64,000 bases of DNA from Octopus bimaculoides. Its lineage: Eukaryota. A program made the position numbers and the translations under genes. The DNA lies in the NCBI RefSeq assembly GCF_001194135.2, contig NC_068987.1:13537454-13601453 (forward strand), read 5' to 3'. This document shows positions 40,464-52,091 of the stretch, one piece after another (within the stretch, counting starts at the first letter, position 1; each line of letters opens with the position of its first letter). Under the pieces are notes generated by a model. It was not told the origin of the DNA. It saw only the letters and a list, made by a program, of their open reading frames with translations, and did no database searches.

Positions 40464-43161
40464 TATACTGGAGTGAGATGATTGGGAACAGCCACTTGGA
40501 TGCTGACAATTTGGCATGGCTGAAAGGACATTCAACCTATTTTGGTGACCATACATTTTGGCACTGGAGTCAAATATACGCTCACACGTGCATGTGTGCA
40601 GAAATATACAGAGAAAGAGAACAGAACAAGACAAACATTAAAATGTCTGATGTCAAATAAGTCATCATTGAACCAATATTGCCAAATAAGCAATGCCAAA
40701 ATGTCTCATACCTTAAATGTAGAGAGTGTGTGCGTGTGTGTGATCCTTTCACTGTACTTCACCTGACTAGTGTCAATGGCATGGAAAAGGCACTCAGTAC
40801 ACACTGTGAAGTGGTTGATGTGGGGAAGGGCATCCACTCATAGAAACCATGCCAAAACTGGCATTGGAGTTCAAGACAGCCCTGCAGCTTGTTGGACCCT
40901 GTTAAACTGTCCAACTCATGCCAACATGGAAAATAGTTGTTAAATAATAATGATAATAATAATGATCATGATGAATGAAGTACAATACTGTATGATAGTG
41001 AATGCTCTCTCTCTCTCCAATCTGCCTTTTTGTTATTCAAAAGGGATCTCACAATTGAGATAGCCAGGCCTGTCCAAAAGACAATTGGTGAATAATCTAA
41101 CTTCAACTCAGGAATTGAAACTGGCTTTCTTTCTCAGTTGACTATCAACCTACCACTTCACATACAGTGGCACACATTACGTATATTGAATACCAGTTAA
41201 TATTCTTTCTGATGGTAGAGGTAAAAGAAATAAGAACCACTTCATCATATTGTTGCTTTTAGAACAGACAGACTTCATAGTTAAAAAAAAAAGACTAAAA
41301 CAAAACAAAAAGTTAACCAAAATAATACTAAGTAAAACAAATAGAGACAGAGTTTTCTCAAGAATGAAATTAAAAAAACAGAAAACTTACAATGAAATAG
41401 ACTCAAGTATTGATTACATTTACTTTCTTTTTATAATACCATGACTGGTTTCAGCCGTTTACTTCCTCAATTACTGCGAGTAGTCTGCTGAAAATTGATG
41501 TCCAAATATCTGGACAACACCGCATGAAACCATGGTATGAGAATAACAGCAGATACTACGCACACAACACTATGAATGAATGAGTATTAAATACACACAC
41601 ACACACACACAGATACACTATAGCTGGAGAAAAAGTTGGCTATGAGCAAGGTACCCAAATAACTTCTTTCAAGCTGATGAAGTACTGATTACTTTGATGA
41701 GTTGCAAGAAAAAAACCTCAGGTGCCACAGTCAGTAATCACCATTTCTTTTATTCATCTTTTTCTTTAATTTGTCAGTTTTGATAAATTGTAAGTATTTT
41801 CCACTCAAATATTCCACACACTGGTATTGAGATCCTCGTTCAAGTTAGGTCTTTTTAGCAGGACAGAAAGGGTTTCTAATGGTCAAAACTTGCCTATACA
41901 TACAAATATACACATCTCCAGACACCCAGGCTACTATTAATCGACTTGAATCCCTCATCAATTAACATTCTTAACAAAACCATCAGAATCATCAATTTAG
42001 TATCATCTTTCCCAAGTGGAGACGCGTTAAGTACACCTACAATTTAGTATTCTTCCCTGGGCTTCAATCATGTGGTACAAAGTTTTTAGGTTTGAAGCAG
42101 AGTTCCCTAAATCTTCCCCATCTAATTCCACTACAAGTAACTTACATTTTTTTTCTTCAGTAAATGTTAAATCTATTCCTCTCAAATAAACACTGCAATT
42201 ATCAGCGCTCAGGTAAACTAAGCATATCAACTTAATTAATATTACAGGCTGTGTGGATTGAACTTCTTTCCCTCTAATCTACAGGAAATGGATATGCATT
42301 CCAGATCTGGCAATTAGTTACATATGCTGCTTAAAGTGTGTGCATACTCATATGTGAAAACACCCAGAACACTCCACCCTCATGCATGTGTGTGTTTATG
42401 TGCATGTATGCAAGCATATATGTGTATTTGTGTGCATATACCTGTATATGAGTGTGTGCATGTGTATATACATGCATATGTATGTATGTGTGCACACGAA
42501 CATATGTATGTCTGCATACACACACACTGAAAGTATGTTACTATTTATCTGCATGGAAATCAATGTAAGTTTCTTGAAGCAAGCACCAGGTATTGTTAGA
42601 GCTTGCACACATCTGACTTATCTGGGTAACTTTTAACTCCTATGAATTTTAAATAAACTATTATCGATTAATAGAAATGAGAGAGAGACCTTCCTGTCTG
42701 ATCAATTAAGAAATTTTTTTCAATTCAATTCCGACAACTAGCCGCAAATCAATTTACAAATCGCTTTAATCATTCATAGATGTATCGATGAATGTCATCA
42801 TTATTTTATACAGAGTTAAACAGATGATAATTTTTCCACTTTGTTTTCGTTTCTTTAATTAAATATTGAACACAAGAGTTCAACAACGGAAACTTAATGA
42901 GACGAAAGATAACTGTTTGATTCTGCAAAACATTTTAAGTGACCATGTATTTATTGAATAAACAATTACAACAGCAACAATTATCCGAAATAGAAGGGGA
43001 AGTTTCTGAAGAAAATATTTTGATATTGGCTGCTGTGCATTTGTGCTGTTTTCACAAATAAAAGCAGTCTCTATTTTAATTTGATCAAATGAATTAATTA
43101 TATTAATCTCTTCCAGGTTTTCACCAAGGAAACTCTGTGTTGTGCTAGCATACATTGTTCT

Positions 43162-43407
43162 ATGCAGGCATAGCTATGTGATTAAGAAGATCACTTTGCA
43201 ACCACATGGTTTCAGGTTCAGTCCTGCTGCATGGCACCTTGGGCATGTATCTTCCATTGCTTCACACGAACCAATGATTTGCAAATAAATTTGGTGTATG
43301 GAAGCTTTCTGGAGGCTCACTGTGTGCTTGAGTGTATGTGCGCATGAGAAAGTGATTCTGATATATATATATATGTATACATGTAGTTGAGCAGTGTGTG
43401 TGTGTGT

Positions 43408-43442
<35 letters not shown>

Positions 43443-43658
43443 CATGTGTGCATATACTCCACCACCACTTGACAGCCAGTATTGACTTGTTTACAGCTTT
43501 CTAACTTAGTGGTTCAGCCTAAGAGAACAATAAAGTACCAGACTTTAAAAGAAAAATATGTACAGGAGTTGATTTGTTTGACTAAATCCTTCAACATGGT
43601 GCCCCAGCATGGCCACAGTCTAATGACTGAAACAAAGAAAAAATGGAAAATAAAAGAT
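43162..43658 (+). mobile_element. SINE family A, full length
   Basis: Head (ccacatggtttcaggttcagtcctgc), internal (TG)n and tail ccagcatggccacagtctaatgactgaaac. Confidence 0.8.
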
Positions 43659-44321
43659 AGCCAATCCACATGATCTAGTAAAATCCTCATTTTGATAAGC
43701 TGCAAATTATCCCTATCATTATTTTATCATCATTGTTAGTGAATCAATCCCTGGCTACTTTATATCAACAAAGTTATTTTTATAGCAATTAAAGCCATGA
43801 GCAATAGCCTGCACTCAATTCTTAATTTACTTTGGGAGGTAGAAAACAATAACAGAAAAGGCTAAATATCTCAAGGAAACCTCTGGAGAATAAACAGACT
43901 TGGCTGCCTGGGTTGGTACAGCCAATCTAATAAATTAAAACAATGAGAATCAAGTAAAAACTATTAATTGCAAAAATGAGCCTAAGTATATTGTTAAACA
44001 TTATCTTTCAACTTCACTGTCTCATCAAAACAGACCATTATGCTGAAAACTTCCAGCATTGGATATTTCAAAGCACCAGTTTGTGTTTATTTTTCTCGCA
44101 TGAAATACATTTACTGCTTCATCTCAGGGTAATGAGTATAATAACATGCGTGAGCACTCCTTGCATTGCAAGGATGAATTACAACTTGAAACAAACTAGT
44201 TAGACATGAGAAATACTTCCAGTAAATGCTGAGGGTATAAATTCTTTGTAAACTAAGATAGCTTCAGACAGAGGGATCAAAAATAAAGCAGTATCACAGA
44301 TTAACATGGTTGTTTAATTTA

Positions 44322-44640
44322 TCTTTAACTCTTTACTTGTTTTAGTCATTGGACTACAGTCATGCTGGGGCACCACCTTAAAGTTTTTAGTTGAACTAAG
44401 TGACCCCAGTACTTTTTAAACCTATTTATTCTATCAGTCCTCTTTTGCCAAACCACTAGGTTATGGGGATATAAGCAAACCAACACCAGTTGTCAACTGG
44501 TGGTGGAGGGAGGACAAACAGAAACAGGCTTCCACATAGTTTCTGTTTATGAAATTCATTTAAGGTATCGGCTGGCTTGAGACTATAAAGGCAAACACCT
44601 GGAATCACATAATTCAAATTGATGTTCTTAACCACACAGC
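44322..44640 (-). mobile_element. SINE family A, inverted relative to 43162-43658
   Basis: ctttacttgttttagtcattggactacagtcatgctggggcacc...aaccacacagc. Confidence 0.8.
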
Positions 44641-44841
44641 AGAGAGAGAGAGACAAAGAGAGATATGTAATTTTGGAAAATAAAGTGAGAAATGAGTGGA
44701 GAATAGGTCACTATAGCTGTGATAGATTTTCAGACAGAAGAGAAAAATTGGGAACCAGATAGTAAAACAGCTTCAATAGGAAAATAATTGCATATACAAG
44801 TAACAGCTTAGCAAGGAACTCAAAAATATTGCATATGAATG

Positions 44842-44888
<47 letters not shown>

Positions 44889-45099
44889 AATTAGGCAAAT
44901 AGTAGGTGAACTAATTTTTCTAACAGAAGTAGCAGTCTGCTAAGCCATCTGTTGGCTTGTCATTCAAAAAGTTAATTTTTTTGTATCCAATCAGTGGTAC
45001 CAAGTTACATTGCACATGTGGTGTACCTAGCCTTAATTACATAACATCTGTAATAGGTATAGATCTTTGTTTTAGGCAATAGGAATCCTGCATAATTTA

Positions 45100-47560
45100 C
45101 CAATACTTCAGTAGCTTGCAATACTGAGTTAAATTTACTGTTGAACAAAAAAAAAATTCTACAAAAATCTAGTAAGCCAACTCAAAGCTAAAGATATCTC
45201 TTGGCAGTTTAACATTGTGAAAGCCAGAAATAAACTCTTGCAAACTTTTCCTAGCATGTAAGATGCTTCTTGAAAGTAAGCAACATGCACAACCATTAAA
45301 TTCAAAGACTCAGCACTTATCAGGTTCAAATCATTGACCTAACAATACCTGATGATACTGGATATTCTATTGTTGTTTTCTACTGTTAATTCCTAATGGT
45401 AAAATTATATGAAATTATGGGAGCTCTGTTATGGAAGTTGTTCTTCTATGTGGTATTCTTACCCGTAGCTGAACAGTTTGCTGCTTATAATAAATGGTGG
45501 ATAAAAGGACTTCATTAGTTGACAATTCCTGAAGTGTGAAATACATTTATAACTGGAAACTGACTCCTTGAAATTAGACAAATTATCACATTTCAGAAGT
45601 TGTTATAATCAATTATGCCATTAATAAGGATCATCTCTCTTGGGTTAAAAGTTAATTCTGTAGAAGCCATCAATAAATTTATTGGCCAGTTTGAAAGATA
45701 TATTAGATTTATGAAGCCAGATGAGAACAGTAAATTGGATTTATTTTGATTAAGTCCAGAAGATAAAACACCTGGTTACTACAAGTAAAATAGAGTAACT
45801 TCAGATTACAAAAGAGGAAGCTGATGATGGTACTCTATACAATTCAAGAGCAAAAATATTGTGGCAGCAAAGTACCTAAAAACCTTTTTGTACAGTTAAA
45901 GAACAAGACTATTTAATATCTTAGTCAGTTCTCTTAGACAAATATCAAAATATTTGCAAATTTCTAAAATTTGGCAAGAAAAAATGAGACACTTTTTGCT
46001 GAGGAAACTGATCAAAAAGCAATTTTCCACAGATGTTGCCTTGTCTCATAAAGCTAGGAAAACCTTTATGCTGCAGGATGCTGCTTCTACAGTCCAAATG
46101 GTCAGGTTCACTATTGTGAACGGACATAGTTGAGATATCAACTTCGATTCGGGTTGAAACTTGTTTTTGGAATGAATCAAAAGTCTTACATAGCTCCAGA
46201 GACTATCCTGCTGTTGATAGACAATGTTTAAGATAACATGATATTTTTCAAAGATATGTTGTACACCAGTCGGACTTATAATATCATCCCAGCCAACACC
46301 CAATTTGTTTTGGGTTTTGTAAATGAACGTAGTCAATAGATGCTGCTTACTGATAGCAGTAGTGAAATATTTTTGATTCTCAAAGATATTTTGAAAATGC
46401 TTGGTATTAAATCCTACTCCTGATGGGAATCAGCTTAACATAATTGGAAATAAATAACAGCCGCCTACGCAATTCCAGTCACTTCAGAGAGGAATTCAAA
46501 AGTAAACTCCCACCTTTAACTGTGTCCAATGCATGAAATTATTTGAAATTTAATATCCTATTTGACAAACCTTCAAAATCCTCAATATCCATTGGTTTAA
46601 GCTTAGAAACTTCAGTGGAAGCAATACTGATATGCTGTTCCACTCGGAATTTGCTCTTTTGAAGATTATGAATTCATTAAAGTTGGGATTAATAAACTAC
46701 TGGCTGAGATAATATATATAACTTCAAAGTTGTCATTGCATTCTCTAGTTGTTGTGGTCAATAAAAGTGGTGATAAACAGTGTTTAGTTGTTAACTATGC
46801 ATCTACAGTTAATAGAGATACACAGATACATTTATCTCCCTATTCATTCACAATGTTTCGAGCTTACTTCACAAAAATTGCCATTTCAGTATTGTTGACA
46901 TTCATGCCTGCCTCCATGGGAACAACATTTTACATCCTTTGATACAAATAACGAATTGTATCAATTTATGTGATTGCTTTCTGAAGTGACAAATAGAATG
47001 AAGTGGTGGATTTTCAGTAGAGAAATGAGGCAAATTGTTAAGGACTCGAAATGAATAGCTCATCACTTTGATCCTGTGTAATATATACAAGGAATAAAAG
47101 GATCCATGAGGAAATTTGCAACCTTTTTCAAATGCACCTGAGAAGTAGTGTTCTCACTCATCTCTCAAAATGTAAATAATTATTTTTAGGCAATATTTTA
47201 GAAAAAGCAAGATGCTACTAGACCCTGGTAGACTCCAGTCACTATGTTACCTATGCCTGAGAATTCCAAAGAACTTAGGCATTTTGTTGGCTTAATTATA
47301 TACTATTCAAAATTGATCAGAGTTTTGTTGAGATTGTAGCATCCTTGTCTGAAGTTAAATAATGTCAACATTTTCCACTGTCAGCTGAATGTTATTAAGG
47401 CAATAAAAAAAACTCACAGCAGGTTCATTATCTGTTTCAATACTTGATTCATTACCTGCCTATATCCTCAACGGTTTCTGTCCTACTATAAAATGGGGTG
47501 CCAATTTGCTTTTATTGACAAGGATTTTATGATATAGGAAAGAAAATGGTCAGTGTGATG
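45100..47560 (+). mobile_element. Decayed Ty3/Gypsy internal region (gag-like, protease, RT, start of RNase H); no LTRs or integrase recognised
   Basis: Frame-broken blocks in canonical order: protease-like FVNERSQ*MLLTDSSSEIF..LKMLGIK (about 46320-46410); RT DYEFIKVGINKLLAE...LVVVVNKSGDKQCLVVNYASTVNRDTQ (46640-46830), FSIVDIHACLH, TSFDTNNELYQF, LDPGRLQSL, LPMPENSKELRHFVGLIIYYSKLI, FVEIVASL; RH LTAGSLSVSILDSLPAYIL...GANLL. The 5' boundary is approximate. Confidence 0.8.
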
Positions 47561-47859
47561 TTAAAAGCCATTAACACAGATAATTCAGTTGAAAAATATA
47601 ACGTTACTTATTAACACAAAAATTCAAACTTGCTATAAGTCAATAGCTTTCCTATTCGAAAGCTGATCTAAATCTGCTATTAAAAATACTAAGCTATATA
47701 TCACTGGAGATTACAGCCCTCAAAGATCTCAAGAATTACAATATGAAGTGGGAAGACAGAATCTAACTGATGCCTCAAGTAGAATTCCAGCAGGTACTAT
47801 CTAGAAATACTGAAAAAGGCAAATATGAATGCCATAATCCTGAAACACTAGTAACACAT

Positions 47860-48940
47860 GATGAGCATTGATGATTAAGCCAATTCTACTAACTGCATAA
47901 ACTGGCACATCCCCCCCCCCCAAAAAAAAAATGTTCACTTTTAATGTAGATCAGTGGTTCTCAACCATTTTTTAATTATGAACCTTTCTTTGATTCCTCT
48001 TTTAGTCAGATGGACCCTCAAAAGCCATTTAATGTTTAAAAAAATCCTATTATATTTTTATAATCATTAAGAATTGTATAAAACATTAAAAAAAATATTT
48101 TGTGCATTGTAGAAGTATAACCAGTTTATTGGACATAGATTTTTACAACAAAATCTTATGTGAACCTGTAAGGGTCATATTGACCCTGGATGAGAACTAC
48201 TGATGTAGATGATACCACCCTTCAGTGCTCCCTAAGCTTCCATTTCCAATCAACCTAAACATCTCTTACCAAATCTACACTGACTCCCAAGAATAGAGGC
48301 TTTACAAACATCTTCATATAAGGTCATGTCAACCTGGTTTCTTTCAACAGCATGAAGACATTGCATGTATCAAGAAGGTATCATACCCCCATATCCCCAT
48401 TAGAGACAAAACAACTCACAAGTTTATGATCACTTCAAATGCTAGCCCAAAATATCACTGAAGATCTCTCCTAGCCAAAGCTGCATCACAAAAGCTAGCT
48501 TTCCCCTTCACAGACAGAAGATGCTTCATACCCCCTTATCATCAACAACTAGCTCTCTGCATCTACATGGTGGTGGTGGTGGTGGTGCTGTGCTGCTACA
48601 TGCATGCACACACACACACACCGTAGGCCACATCAAAAGAAAAGCCAATGATTAACATGAAGCTATTTTCCAACCTTTTGCGCCACAAATGTGTCTCCTG
48701 CTCTGCTTATTTCTCCTTTTCTACTACAGCAGTGGTCCCTGCTACTTGGAGCTAGCTGGTCTTGTGCCACTCTCACTCAAACACTCCTAACGCACTAATG
48801 TCTTTGTTTCTCCTTGCTATTCACACTGTGTCCTCTACCACTGGACCTCACACTAACAATTGCATCATGTACTTCACTCCCAGAATTCCTTCTCTGCAGT
48901 AGTCAACTTATAACTGTTCAAGAGGAACATTAACTGCATT
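47860..48940 (+). mobile_element. CR1/L2-group LINE 3' relic (same family as 25020-25705), interrupted by the hAT MITE
   Basis: After removing the MITE, aatgttcacttttaatgtagatgataccacccttcagtgctccct aligns with aatgctcattcctacacataataccacccttcattcctccct at 25322. Downstream blocks (cttgtctccttcaacag / ctggtttctttcaacag; tagccaaaactgcattacaaag / tagccaaagctgcatcacaaaag) are also shared. Confidence 0.75.
47952..48202. mobile_element. hAT-superfamily (Charlie-like) MITE, 251 bp, with perfect 8-bp TSD
   Basis: TIRs cagtggttctcaacc / ggatgagaactactg; TSD atgtagat at 47944-47951 and 48203-48210. A related single end (tagtgtttctcaatc) lies at about 7917. Confidence 0.9.
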
Positions 48941-49256
48941 GATCCCATCGGTCTTTTAAGCCTTGCAAAATGCCCATCAAATCAAGCCCCCGCGCCAAAC
49001 TAAATACAAAGAAAAGGAAAGAAAATGCATGCAAGACAAATCAGGAATAAAAACATATAAAGCAAATAGAGGAAACTTGAGGAAGATATACAAGTTGGTG
49101 GATGAGGGGAAGTTGACATGGAAAAGTAAACCAAAACGACAAGGAAAAGAAACGATTCTAGACAAAGTTGGATAAGTAATGAAATGTTGCATGGTGATAA
49201 TTAGTTCTGTAGACCTGTGGAAATATTACAACAATGATAAGGATGAAGATTTGAAA

Positions 49257-49291
<35 letters not shown>

Positions 49292-51275
49292 CAACAGTGA
49301 TTCTTAAAGGCAAAAGAAACATAAAACATAAATATCAGAATATATGGTTAGTTGAAGACATAATGGAGTTAAAGAATATTATGGCTCAGGCATTTTAAAA
49401 GCATAGTGTGATTAGATCATGAGCTGTGGCAGAAGTTAAAAGCCAAATTTTAATTTAAAAAAATTTATTTTTTTAATTCATCACCAACAATACTTTTAAA
49501 AATATCTCAAATCTTGCTTCTCGACATATATACAGACATACATCCTAAGTAAATCTCAATGAATACATACCTGAACAGAAAAATCAATTAAAATACATCT
49601 TAATTACAACTGTGCATATATGTATACATATGTAGTAACTGCGTTTACATGTGCGGACAAGTCTGCACAGGTATGTTCAAAATGTATCAAAACATAATTC
49701 AATAATGAACACAGGAACCGCCCCCAAGGCTAAAACTAAATTGAGATAATTTAAAACTTCTGGTTCTTTCCTTTTCTCAAATTTTCAACATGCCAAAATG
49801 AGAGACAGACAGGCAGACAAGGGAAGAGGAATTGCTGAAAACTAGCACCGGGCACATGTGCATTGACGCATGCACATACACACAAGTTTGTATATATATA
49901 TNNNNNNNNNNNNNNNNNNNNNNNNNNNNNNNNNNNNNNNNNNNNNNNNNNNNNNNNNNNNNNNNNNNNNNNNNNNNNNNNNNNNNNNNNNNNNNNNNNN
50001 NNNNNNNNNNNNNNNNNNNNNNNNNNNNNNNNNNNNNNNNNNNNNNNNNNNNNNNNNNNNNNNNNNNNNNNNNNNNNNNNNNNNNNNNNNNNNNNNNNNN
50101 NNNNNNNNNNNNNNNNNNNNNNNNNNNNNNNNNNNNNNNNNNNNNNNNNNNNNNNNNNNNNNNNNNNNNNNNNNNNNNNNNNNNNNNNNNNNNNNNNNNN
50201 NNNNNNNNNNNNNNNNNNNNNNNNNNNNNNNNNNNNNNNNNNNNNNNNNNNNNNNNNNNNNNNNNNNNNNNNNNNNNNNNNNNNNNNNNNNNNNNNNNNN
50301 NNNNNNNNNNNNNNNNNNNNNNNNNNNNNNNNNNNNNNNNNNNNNNNNNNNNNNNNNNNNNNNNNNNNNNNNNNNNNNNNNNNNNNNNNNTATATATAAG
50401 CCTTGAATATTTTAACTGCACAAGAAATGTTTATTTTACGTTAAATAACATTTTGTACAGACATACATTTATTTGAAGGACATGCATAACAAAGACACAA
50501 TTGATATTAGTCAGAAAGAAAAAAAAAACCAGAAACATAATAGAAACCATCTCTCTTTATGTCTCTTTTTCTTTTTTTTTTTTGCCTCATTATTTTTTTC
50601 TTTTTGGGTCTATAATCTATAGTTGTTGCTGGAATTTGATACATTTCAAACAAAATGGTTTTCAAAGTAAAGCTGCTATGACAAAAAATAAACAAAGCAA
50701 AACAAAAATCGAAACCAAAATGAGAAAAAAAAAGTGTAAGGAGGAAGTGGAATGACTATTTGAAATAAATGATCTGTCTGGGTTTTATATGTCTGTGTAT
50801 GTATGAGTGTATATGTATGCCTGTATTTTATATATGTATATACACATACACACACATATGTATATACATATATACACACACACATACACACAAATGTGTG
50901 TATGTGTGTATATATATATGTGTGCATATATATAAATATATATGCATGAGTGTTTATATATATATATATGTGTGTGCGTATGTTTATATACATATATATT
51001 CCTTGTTCAATCTTTACTAGTTCTGTGATATAATCCAATATTCCAAGTGGTATGAGATGAGATGCAGGTTAAAAGAATTAAAGAAGTTAGGTATTAAATG
51101 CTGGAAATGAAACCAGACATCTGAGCCTGGCTGATGCTATAGGAAGGATTAATTCCCTGCAAAAATAACTAAGAGAATTTGCTTTCTACTAACTCACTCA
51201 CCTATTACAACTTTATACCTAAGGTAATGTTAATTTCTGATGTTGGAAAAGCAGGGTTCAATATCGACAACATAC

Positions 51276-51404
51276 CTTAGGATGAAGATCTTTATTATCA
51301 CCATCTTGTGTACCCTCCGAGGAGGTTCCCTTAAGGAGTTTACCATCTTCAGTGCTCCCACTTGAATGCCTGGACTTTGCTTGCTGCTCCCGCAGTGTGA
51401 ACAG
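51276..51404 (-). CDS. Liprin-alpha: Liprin-alpha internal exon 1 of 5 in window (129 nt, phase 0-0): LFTLREQQAKSRHSSGSTEDGKLLKGTSSEGTQDGDNKDLHPK
   Basis: Acceptor tttttttttctatatag| and donor |gtatgt on the minus strand; open frame. It joins in frame to RLSNGSID of the next exon and resembles, from memory, the vertebrate liprin-alpha linker exon (IVALREQN.../LMILKEQN...K). Missed by the ORF track because it has no start codon. Confidence 0.85.
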
Positions 51405-52058
51405 CTATATAGAAAAAAAAATTGTTTTTCTTCAGTGTCTGTTGTGTGTTGGAGCGCTTAGACTTCTGTACAAAACCTTGCTTTCGGCAGGCACCTTGGC
51501 CATTACCTCGTTGCTGGGTTGCAAGATTTCATAAGACAATAAATCCATAAATTCCAAAGAGTATCATAAATTTAAACTAAATTCTTGTTTTCCATATTTT
51601 GTGAATGTCTGTACCATTTGTGGTACCATCTACAACAATGTGATCCACCAGTATGTTTACCATTATTTAGAACTATTTCTCATGACACTCCCACAAAAGT
51701 CGCTTCATCCTTTTGTTGTTGTTTTTGGTTAGTTTTTTTTTTCCTCTCCTTGTTTAAACTTCTGGCAGTATAAATACATTCATTCAACTTTTAGGAACAT
51801 TTAAAAAATTCAAATTGTTAGTAGCTCAGTTAGGAAGAACGATCTCAAAACAAAATCCAATATGATTTTGTTATTCAAAGATCAATGTAAGGCAAAGATA
51901 TACAACTAGCAACATAGGAATAATATTTTAATTTTGTTCCACTAACAAAACTAAATGGATAGTCTTCTCTAATTAGAATTGTTTTGTTTCAGGTAGATGA
52001 GTTTTGTTTTCATATAAACAGATCTTGGGCATATATGTATGTGTGTTTGTGTATGTTA

Positions 52059-52091
<33 letters not shown>

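Noticed and set aside
45452-45469. 18-nt candidate exon QTVQLR with a gtaaga donor
   Set aside because: It lies inside the antisense Gypsy relic and is most likely coincidental.
46030-46430. Apparent integrase upstream of the RT, which would suggest a Gmr1-like INT-before-RT Gypsy
   Set aside because: On re-reading, VNERSQ*MLLTDSSSEIF fits an aspartic protease (VNG...ALIDSGSSESF) and the upstream Cys/His block fits a gag knuckle, giving the ordinary gag-PR-RT-RH order. An HMM search would settle it.
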